Source: Ignavibacteriales bacterium (GTDB lineage Bacteria > Bacteroidota > Ignavibacteria > UBA10030 > UBA6906). Taken from it: a stretch of DNA of 14,211 nucleotides. The stretch spans positions 1 through 14,211 of the forward strand of contig JBBIRR010000067.1 in assembly GCA_037441705.1 (NCBI GenBank), written 5' to 3'. The notes below the pieces were generated by a model, which was not told the DNA's origin, ran no database searches, and was given only the letters and a program-made list of their open reading frames with translations. Both the position numbers and the translations under genes were made by a program. Shown here in pieces: positions 8,201-14,211 of this stretch. Numbering within the stretch: the first letter of the stretch is position 1; every line of letters starts with the position of its first letter.

Positions 8201-8875
8201 GCGTACGACATCGGGTACGGAGGATTGGATCATGTGCTGGCATCAGGCAAGAATGTGAACATCCTCGTGCTCGATACGGAAGTGTACAGCAACACCGGCG
8301 GTCAGATGTCCAAGGCAACGCCGCGTGCCGCCGTTGCCAAGTTTGCCGCTGCCGGCAAGCCGATGGGCAAGAAGGATCTCGGTCGCATCGCCATGCAGTA
8401 CGGCAACGTGTACGTCGCGCAGATTGCGATGGGCTATAACGATGCGCAAACCGTCCGCGCATTCATCGAAGCCGAATCGTACGACGGCCCGTCGCTCATC
8501 ATCGCGTACAGCCACTGCATCGCGCACGGCATCAACATGACGAAAGGGATGACGCATCAGAAACTTGCCGTCGAGTGCGGGCATTGGCCCCTCTATCGCT
8601 TCGATCCGCGACTTGCCCAGCAGGGGAAGAATCCCCTGAAGCTGGACAGCAAGCCGCCCAAAATCAAGTTCGAAGAGTACGCCTACATGGAAACGCGGTT
8701 CAGGATGCTGACCAAGAGCCATCCCGAAGAGGCGAAACGCTTGATGCAGCTCGCCCAAGAGGATGTCGAGGCACGGTGGAAAGCGCTCGAAGAGCTGGCG
8801 AAGGAGCCTGCGGCGGTCGCGCCGAAACCTGCGACGAAACCCGTTCAGCCCGTTGAAGAAGGGGCCGATGTGTGA
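5264..8875 (+). CDS. nifJ: Pyruvate:ferredoxin (flavodoxin) oxidoreductase, single-chain NifJ/PFOR
   Basis: 1203 aa. DGNEAAA, YPITPSS, EMQSEGGAAG, FDGFRTSHE and GLGADGTVGANK; two ferredoxin motifs (CIQCNKCAIVCPH, CTGCGICVDICP); ACTGCGE and ATGCSS; TPP motif GGDGWAYDIG...N. Confidence 0.98.
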   Translation: MKRQTVTIDGNEAAAYVAHKLNEVIAIYPITPSSNMGEWADEWSAQGRTNLWGTVPSVTEMQSEGGAAGAIHGALQSGALATTFTASQGLLLMIPNMYKIAGELTSTVFHVSARTLATHALSIFGDHSDVMATRQTGFALLASNSVQEVMDMALIAQAATLAGRVPVLHFFDGFRTSHEVMKIEQLTDEDLRAMIDEDLIRAHRARALNPEHPVLRGTAQNPDVFFQARETVNPFYAAFPDVVQQTMDRFARIVGRQYRLFDYVGSPTAERVIVLMGSGAETAQETVEYLNKRGENLGIVKVRLYRPFDVKGFVNALPKTVKSIAVLDRTKEPGAAGEPLYQDVVTAITETFINNELPFPMPKIIGGRYGLSSKEFTPAMVKAVFDELKKEKPKNHFTVGIVDDVSFTSLDWDPTFSTEPDDVVRAVFYGLGADGTVGANKNSIKIIGEDTDFYAQGYFVYDSKKSGSTTVSHLRFGPRPIHSAYLIDRANFVACHQWFFLEKYDVLKAAVPGATFLLNSYYGPDQVWDKLPRHIQEEIVQKKLKFYVIDGYNVAQQTGMGARINTIMQTCFFAISGVLPREQAIAAIKNAIKKTYGKKGDQIVQQNFAAVDQTLANLFEVKVPDRVTSTIEMPPTVSDRAPEFVKNVTAKIIAGFGDALPVSAFPKDGTWPTGTAQWEKRNIALEIPIWDETGTCIQCNKCAIVCPHAAIRVKVYDPKELADAPPTFKSMDYKGTEYKGMKYTVQVAPEDCTGCGICVDICPAKNKKETRLKAINMTPQPPIRERERINYDFFLSIPEVDRRTIKFDSVKGSQFAQPLFEYSGACTGCGETPYVKLATQLFGDRMIVANATGCSSIYGGNLPTTPWTVTPEGRGPAWSNSLFEDNAEFGLGMRLAIDKQNEMARELVEKLKSAMGEELAGAILNADQSDEPGIYEQRQRVEELKQKLAAMTTPDAQRLLSLADMLVKKSVWIMGGDGWAYDIGYGGLDHVLASGKNVNILVLDTEVYSNTGGQMSKATPRAAVAKFAAAGKPMGKKDLGRIAMQYGNVYVAQIAMGYNDAQTVRAFIEAESYDGPSLIIAYSHCIAHGINMTKGMTHQKLAVECGHWPLYRFDPRLAQQGKNPLKLDSKPPKIKFEEYAYMETRFRMLTKSHPEEAKRLMQLAQEDVEARWKALEELAKEPAAVAPKPATKPVQPVEEGADV

Positions 8876-8962
8876 CCGATCACGGGTGGAATCTTTCATA
8901 ACCATTTCGTTTCATGAGGTGACCAAGGCAACGATCGTCAACTCTACAAACCCTCAGACTCT

Positions 8963-9757
8963 ATGAACTTTACAAACCATGTGGTGAGCGAAGTTGAACC
9001 ATCAGCACACACGCTCGTGCTCGTCCGCCACGGCGAAAGTCTCTGGAACAAGGAAAACCGCTTCACCGGCTGGACGGACGTTGATCTTTCGGAGAAGGGG
9101 ATCGAGGAGGCGCGGAGTGCGGGCAGAATGTTGAAGGAAAAAGGATTCGTCTTCGATGTCGCCTTCACTTCCGTTCTCAAGCGCGCCATCCGCACGTTGT
9201 GGATCATCCTTGACGAGATGGATCTGATGTGGATTCCCGTGTACAACTCGTGGCGACTGAACGAACGTCACTACGGTGCGCTGCAGGGGCTGAACAAGAG
9301 CGAGATGGCGGCGAAGTACGGCGACCAGCAGGTGCTGATCTGGCGGCGGAGCTACGACATCCGGCCGCCGGCGCTGGAGAAAACCGACCCGCGCTTCCCC
9401 GGCTTCGATCCGCGCTACAAGGACTTACAGCCTGAGGAGGTGCCGGCGACCGAGTGCCTGAAGGACACCGTTGCGCGCTTCCTTCCCTACTGGCACGAGA
9501 CGATCGCCCCAACAATCAAGAGAGGCAAGCGGGTTATTATCGCAGCGCACGGTAACAGTCTGAGAGCGCTGGTAAAATATCTCGACAACATTTCCGACGA
9601 AAAGATTGTCGAGCTGAACATCCCGACCGGCGTACCGTTGGTGTATGAGCTGGATGCAAACTTGAAGCCGTTGAAGAGCGAATACCTTGGCGATCCCGAA
9701 GCCGTGCGAAAGGCGATGGAAGCAGTTGCGGCACAGGGGAAGGCAAAAACGGGGTGA
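8963..9757 (+). CDS. gpmA: 2,3-bisphosphoglycerate-dependent phosphoglycerate mutase
   Basis: [20 protein letters not shown] (phospho-His), [26 protein letters not shown] and LNIPTG. The exact start is uncertain because GTG alternatives lie a few codons downstream. Confidence 0.97.
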   Translation: MNFTNHVVSEVEPSAHTLVLVRHGESLWNKENRFTGWTDVDLSEKGIEEARSAGRMLKEKGFVFDVAFTSVLKRAIRTLWIILDEMDLMWIPVYNSWRLNERHYGALQGLNKSEMAAKYGDQQVLIWRRSYDIRPPALEKTDPRFPGFDPRYKDLQPEEVPATECLKDTVARFLPYWHETIAPTIKRGKRVIIAAHGNSLRALVKYLDNISDEKIVELNIPTGVPLVYELDANLKPLKSEYLGDPEAVRKAMEAVAAQGKAKTG

Positions 9758-9817
9758 GCCTCGCGGTCCAGCCGAGGCGGCCGTAACACCTGCGGTACGA
9801 TAAGAAAGAGGACGCGC

Positions 9818-10336
9818 ATGAATTCGGTACGTTTCCCCATGAGCATTCTTGCGGCGTGCACTCTGGCGCTGATTGCCGAGCTTGCTTACTTCTACCCGCA
9901 ACTGCCCGAAACGATTGCGTCGCACTTCGATGCCGACGGTGTGCCAAATGGCTGGATGTCCAGGAGGGCGTTCATGGGTGTGATGGTGTCGGTGTCGTTC
10001 ATAACGGTAATCCCAACTGTTGGGCTTGCACTCGCGCTGCCGCGCATGAGCGGCTCGATCAACATTCCCAACAAAGCATACTGGCTCGCGCCCGAACGGC
10101 GCGAGGAAACGATTGCCGCCATTTCTTCCGCCATGATTTGGATGGAATGTGCTGTGATGGGCTTGCTCATCGTGCTGACGTTTTTTGTCTGCAGGCTCAA
10201 CATCGCCGGAACGGCCCGGCTGGAGCTGCCGATGCTGCCGACGCTCGGGGTATTCTTTGCGCTCGTGGGGTTCATCATCGCACGACTGATACTGAAATTC
10301 AGAAACGTATCACACCAATCATCACAAGACATGTAA
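9818..10336 (+). CDS. DUF1648-domain integral membrane protein (about 4 TM helices)
   Basis: Signature [21 protein letters not shown] follows a TM helix; INIPNKAYW and four hydrophobic segments are present. SD AGAGG upstream. Confidence 0.8.
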   Translation: MNSVRFPMSILAACTLALIAELAYFYPQLPETIASHFDADGVPNGWMSRRAFMGVMVSVSFITVIPTVGLALALPRMSGSINIPNKAYWLAPERREETIAAISSAMIWMECAVMGLLIVLTFFVCRLNIAGTARLELPMLPTLGVFFALVGFIIARLILKFRNVSHQSSQDM

Positions 10337-10353
10337 CGTTCAGGGAGCGCTGT

Positions 10354-11352
10354 ATGGATCTGTCGACCAACTATCTCGGTTTACATCTCAACAATCCGAT
10401 CGTTCCGTCTGCCTCGCCGCTCTCACGGTCGGTTGACAGCATGAAGCGGCTGGAGGATGCCGGCGCTGCCGCAATCGTGATGTATTCGTTGTTCGAAGAA
10501 CAGATCGCGCACGAGGCAGCCGAGCTGGATCATTACCTCAACTACGGCACGGAAAGCTACGCCGAAGCGCTGACGTACTTCCCCGAACCGAAAGAGTACA
10601 ACCTCGGTCCTGATGAATACGTCGAACTGCTGCACAAGGCAAAACAGTCGCTCGCAATCCCTGTCATCGGGAGTCTCAACGGTATCTCGGTCGGGGGGTG
10701 GATTGACTACGCGAAAAAGATTCAGCAAGCCGGTGCCGACGCGATCGAACTGAACGTCTACTACATTCCTACCGATCCCGAACTCACGGGAGCCGAAGTG
10801 GAGGATCGCTACCTCGAGGTGCTTCATGCCGTCAAGCAGGAGATCACGATTCCCGTGGCGATGAAGCTCAGTCCATTCTTCAGCTCGATGGCGCACATGG
10901 CAAAACGGCTGGACATGGCAGGAGCAAACGGGTTGGTGCTCTTCAATCGTTTCTATCAGCCGGACATTGATCTCGAAACGCTCGATGTGGTGCCGGGCGT
11001 TGTGTTGAGTACGCCGATGGCGATGCGCCTTCCCCTGCGATGGATCGGCATCCTGTACGGAAAGGTGAAGGCGAGTCTGGCTGCCACCAGCGGCATTCAC
11101 ACGGCGCACGATGTTCTCAAAATGCTGATGGTCGGAGCAGACGTAACGATGATGTGCTCTGCACTCTTGAAGAATGGTCCTCAACACATTACGAGCGTGC
11201 TGGGCGATCTGCGGCAATGGATGTTGGAACACGAATACGTTTCGGTCTCGCAGATGAAAGGCAGCATGAGTCAGAAGTCCATTGCCGATCCGGCGGCATT
11301 CGAACGCGCCAACTACATGAAGGCGCTCAATCAATACAAACTCACGATCTGA
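10354..11352 (+). CDS. Dihydroorotate dehydrogenase-like FMN protein (DHOD-like subgroup), 332 aa
   Basis: [72 protein letters not shown] and [11 protein letters not shown] 10354 follows SD AGGGAG. Confidence 0.9.
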   Translation: MDLSTNYLGLHLNNPIVPSASPLSRSVDSMKRLEDAGAAAIVMYSLFEEQIAHEAAELDHYLNYGTESYAEALTYFPEPKEYNLGPDEYVELLHKAKQSLAIPVIGSLNGISVGGWIDYAKKIQQAGADAIELNVYYIPTDPELTGAEVEDRYLEVLHAVKQEITIPVAMKLSPFFSSMAHMAKRLDMAGANGLVLFNRFYQPDIDLETLDVVPGVVLSTPMAMRLPLRWIGILYGKVKASLAATSGIHTAHDVLKMLMVGADVTMMCSALLKNGPQHITSVLGDLRQWMLEHEYVSVSQMKGSMSQKSIADPAAFERANYMKALNQYKLTI

Positions 11353-11400
11353 ATCTCAGGAACGCACCGACTTTCGGGGCAAAAGGGGAGAGTACGCTTG

Positions 11401-11847
11401 ATGATGGCCACCATTCGAACATTCCTATCGTCGCCTGCCTTCGCCGTTGTCGGCGTCTCGCGGAACGATCGCAAGTTCGGCAGCATCGTCTTTCGCGCGA
11501 TGCGCGGTCGGGGCTTCGCGGTGTATCCGGTGCATCCCCACCTTGCAGAATTCGACGGCGTGGCGTGTGTTGCGAACGTGCGTGACCTCCCGTCTGATGT
11601 GCGCGCGGCGGTGCTGGTGGTGCAGCCGGCGGTAGCAGTTCAGGTGCTGACGGAATGCAGCGAGTGCGGCATCAACACAGTCTGGCTGCAGCCGGGCGCC
11701 GAATCCGAGGAGGCGATCCGCTTTGCGGAAGAGCACGGGATGAACCTCATTCATCACGAGTGTGTGTTGATGTTCCTCGAGCAGGTGACGTCCATCCATG
11801 CTCTGCATCGTTGGGTGAACAAGCTGATCGGCACCTACCCTCACTGA
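11401..11847 (+). CDS. Stand-alone CoA-binding protein (YccU/COG1832-like)
   Basis: FAVVGVSRNDRKFG, VYPVHP, VWLQPGAES and the C-terminal 'CVLM' motif. Purine-rich SD (GGGGAG) upstream. Confidence 0.88.
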   Translation: MMATIRTFLSSPAFAVVGVSRNDRKFGSIVFRAMRGRGFAVYPVHPHLAEFDGVACVANVRDLPSDVRAAVLVVQPAVAVQVLTECSECGINTVWLQPGAESEEAIRFAEEHGMNLIHHECVLMFLEQVTSIHALHRWVNKLIGTYPH

Positions 11848-11875
11848 TGTATGCGCAGCGTCCGCAGCATGCCGC

Positions 11876-11925
11876 GTGAGACTCTCCCTGAAGTTTCATA
11901 TCTTGCCTCAGCGCATGATGCGCTG
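11876..11925 (+). promoter_or_regulatory. Candidate internal sigma-70 promoter for pta with a palindrome at the predicted start site
   Basis: GTGAGA (11876-11881) - 17 nt - TATCTT (11899-11904), followed by CAGCGCAT-G-ATGCGCTG (11909-11925). Confidence 0.4.
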
Positions 11926-11963
11926 TGCTCAGCGCCAATCGGAGGAGAGGATTCCCAAAACTC

Positions 11964-12950
11964 ATGATGCCTTCTGACCTTCTGCGAACCATTCGAGCGA
12001 AAGCAACGTCGCTCAAACGAACCATTGTTTTGCCCGACGCAACAGACGAGCGGGCGATCCGGGCCGCACGCATCCTTCTCGACGAACAGATCGCGACGCC
12101 GATCCTTGTGGGCGACCCGCCGGCGATCGAAGCACAGGCGAAGAAGGCAGGCGTTGCGCTGGGCGGCATCCGCATCGTTGACCCGCAACGTTCGGAACAA
12201 CTCAGCACGTTCTCTCACGTCTTCTTCAATCTCAGAAAGGAAAAAGGGGTTACGTTCGAAGAAGCGCGGCAGACGATGACCCACCCGCTGTTTTTCGGCG
12301 CGATGATGGTGCGTGAAGGCATGGCCGACGGCAGTGTTGCGGGTTCCCTTTCCACCACGGGCGATGTCCTGCGCGCCGGCATTCAGGTGATCGGTCTTGC
12401 CGACGGCATCAGCATCGTTTCGAGTTTCTTCTTGATGGTGTTTCCGCATCAGGTGTTTTCGTTTGCCGATTGCGCCGTTGTGCCCGATCCGACTCCCGAG
12501 CAGCTTGCGGACATCGCGGCGGCGACTGCCGACAATCATCGCAAGCTGACGGGCGAGGAGCCGCGTGTTGCGATGCTCTCGTTTTCGACCAAAGGCAGTG
12601 CGCGGCATCCCTTCGTGGAAAAAGTACAGAAGGCGACAGCGTTGCTGCATGCGAAACGTCCCAACCTTCTTGCCGACGGCGAACTCCAGCTCGACGCGGC
12701 AATCGTTCCGTCCGTGGCACAGAGTAAAGCGCCGGGCTCGCCGATCGCCGGACGCGCCAATGTTCTCATCTTTCCCAACCTTGACGCGGGCAACATCGGG
12801 TACAAGATGGGACAGCGTCTCGGTGGTGCGGAAGCGATCGGCCCCATTGTGCAGGGATTGCGCAAACCCGCATTCGACCTCTCACGCGGCTGCAGCGTGG
12901 AGGACATCGTCAACGTCGCGGCAATCAATGCCGTTGTCGGCGCGGTGTAG
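11964..12950 (+). CDS. pta: Phosphate acetyltransferase (short, class I)
   Basis: [67 protein letters not shown] and DLSRGCS.EDI (catalytic Ser/Arg/Asp). 328 aa from ATG 11964. Confidence 0.95.
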   Translation: MMPSDLLRTIRAKATSLKRTIVLPDATDERAIRAARILLDEQIATPILVGDPPAIEAQAKKAGVALGGIRIVDPQRSEQLSTFSHVFFNLRKEKGVTFEEARQTMTHPLFFGAMMVREGMADGSVAGSLSTTGDVLRAGIQVIGLADGISIVSSFFLMVFPHQVFSFADCAVVPDPTPEQLADIAAATADNHRKLTGEEPRVAMLSFSTKGSARHPFVEKVQKATALLHAKRPNLLADGELQLDAAIVPSVAQSKAPGSPIAGRANVLIFPNLDAGNIGYKMGQRLGGAEAIGPIVQGLRKPAFDLSRGCSVEDIVNVAAINAVVGAV

Positions 12951-12987
12951 CACCTCGGCTCTCCATCTGCAATGTGAAGGAGAATAT

Positions 12988-13707
12988 GTGAAGAAGAGTT
13001 GCATGGGTCTCGCCGTCTTCCTGATGGGTCTGCTGCTGGGAAGCTGCAAGGACGTAGAGCAGAGCAACGCGGCTCCCCCTGTTGACTGCGGCACGCCGTT
13101 CCCTCGGCGAAGCGGTTACGCAACCTACTACACCTGGGCGAACGGCGGCGGCAACTGCATGTTCGATCCGACACCGAACGATCTGATGGTGGCGGCGATG
13201 AATCCTGTTGACTACGCCGGCTCGGCTGCCTGCGGCTCGTGCGTGTTCATCACCGGGCCGCGGGGAAGCGTCGTGGTTCGCGTCGTTGATCAGTGCGGCG
13301 ATTGCCCGGCAGGCAGTATTGACCTGAGTCCGCAAGCATTCGAACGCATAGCCGATCTCGCGCAGGGGCGCGTTCCCATTTCGTGGCGATACGTACCCTG
13401 TACCATCGAGGGCAACATCATCTATCATTTCAAAGAGGGCAGCAACCAATGGTGGACCGCCGTGCAGATTCGCAATCACCGCTACCCGATCGCACGATTG
13501 GAATATCGAACCGCCAACGGCACATTCCGACCCGTCGCACGCACCGACTACAATTACTTTGTTGAACCGAACGGCATGGGCCCCGGACCGTACACGTTTC
13601 GTGTCACCGACGTGTATGGCCGTACACTTACCGACGGCAACATCCCGCATGTAGAAAACGGCGACGTGCCGGGTTCAGGCCAGTTTCCGCCCTGTCCCTC
13701 TCGATAA
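12988..13707 (+). CDS. Expansin-like (EXLX1/YoaJ-type; DPBB + CBM63) lipoprotein, 239 aa
   Basis: GTG start after SD AAGGAG; signal peptide with lipobox LGSC. Domain 1: ATYY, ACGSC, GPRG, VVDQC, IDLSPQAF. Domain 2: KEGSNQWWTAVQIRNHRYP, DYNYF, RVTD, QFP. Confidence 0.9.
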   Translation: MKKSCMGLAVFLMGLLLGSCKDVEQSNAAPPVDCGTPFPRRSGYATYYTWANGGGNCMFDPTPNDLMVAAMNPVDYAGSAACGSCVFITGPRGSVVVRVVDQCGDCPAGSIDLSPQAFERIADLAQGRVPISWRYVPCTIEGNIIYHFKEGSNQWWTAVQIRNHRYPIARLEYRTANGTFRPVARTDYNYFVEPNGMGPGPYTFRVTDVYGRTLTDGNIPHVENGDVPGSGQFPPCPSR

Positions 13708-13727
13708 TCATAGGAGTATCCACCTCT

Positions 13728-14211
13728 ATGCACGAAGCTCTGCGAAGAAGTACAAGCGCGCTGGTTTTGATTTTGGTGACAGGCCTGCTCACGGGCTGTG
13801 CAAAGCAATCGGTGTATCTTCAGAATACCCGCATCGATGGACCGCTGAGCGAAGTGCCGCTTTATATTGTGGGTGAAGAGAAAGAAGCAGTCGGTTCCTG
13901 GCGGCTCTCGGTGGCCGGATCGGTCACCCCCGATCAGAGAATCGAAGGGCGCGCCGAGGGCCATACCCGCGTCAACGCCGCGGGCGTGTATCAGGTTGAT
14001 ACTGTTTTCACCAACGGGCGAGTTAGCCACATCGAGCCTAACGGCGTGAACATACGAGACTTTGAAGGAACAAACTTCCGGTGGAACCTCGCCTCGTTCA
14101 CAGGCTCGGTGCGGGCGGACTATCGCGCGGCGCGCAGCCTTTCGATTGTCGGCGGACTCCATTACTCGCGGGGAGGCTCTCAGAGCTATCTGGGCGGAAC
14201 CCTCGGCGTGG
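13728..14211 (+). CDS. Hypothetical lipoprotein, possibly outer-membrane beta-barrel-like (3'-truncated; absent from the ORF track)
   Basis: My translation from ATG 13728 (SD AGGAG at 13712-13716) has no stop before the window end: MHEALRRSTSALVLILVTGLLTGC-AKQSVYLQN...FTGSVRADYRAARSLSIVGGLHYSRGGSQSYLGGTLGV. Lipobox LTGC. Confidence 0.75.
   Translation, partial: MHEALRRSTSALVLILVTGLLTGCAKQSVYLQNTRIDGPLSEVPLYIVGEEKEAVGSWRLSVAGSVTPDQRIEGRAEGHTRVNAAGVYQVDTVFTNGRVSHIEPNGVNIRDFEGTNFRWNLASFTGSVRADYRAARSLSIVGGLHYSRGGSQSYLGGTLGV

Noticed and set aside
4464-8875. Nitrogen-fixation locus (NifX-like + nifJ + sigma-54 site)
   Set aside because: No nifHDK or nifENB genes in the window. Both families are widespread in non-diazotrophs, and the context is fermentative.
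9758-9778. GCCTCG/CGAGGC hairpin after gpmA as a terminator
   Set aside because: A 6-bp stem with no U-tract; at most an mRNA-stabilising hairpin.
9856-10353. 166-aa N-terminal extension of the DHOD-like ORF in the ORF track
   Set aside because: It overlaps the DUF1648 gene in another frame. Family homology and an SD begin at ATG 10354.
12565-12987. N-terminal extension of the expansin ORF suggesting a fusion or frameshift with pta
   Set aside because: pta is intact with its own stop at 12950, and the expansin has its own SD, GTG start and signal peptide at 12988.

Overview
GC-rich bacterial chromosomal window, mostly housekeeping and anaerobic central-metabolism genes. I saw no mobile element, CRISPR array or structural RNA gene. 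At the left, the 3' end of pyrG converges on a minus-strand operon: rqcH (NFACT), panE and a PLP-dependent Cys/Met gamma-lyase-family gene. Upstream of that operon are a cluster of DnaA-box-like 9-mers and a perfect 15-bp inverted repeat. A NifB/NifX-like (COG1433) gene is transcribed divergently from a plus-strand cluster: nifJ (PFOR), gpmA, a DUF1648 membrane protein, a dihydroorotate-dehydrogenase-like flavoprotein lacking the catalytic Cys/Ser, a stand-alone CoA-binding protein and pta. The PFOR leader has a candidate sigma-54 promoter and a palindrome over an extended -10. The window ends with a Cys-rich, lipid-anchored expansin-like (EXLX1-type) gene and an unannotated lipoprotein ORF with beta-barrel-like features that runs off the edge. 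The best candidates for undescribed biology are the PFOR/DHOD-like/CoA-binding/Pta module, the expansin-lipoprotein pair, and the DnaA boxes at the promoter of a variant RqcH. All family calls come from motif recognition, not database searches.
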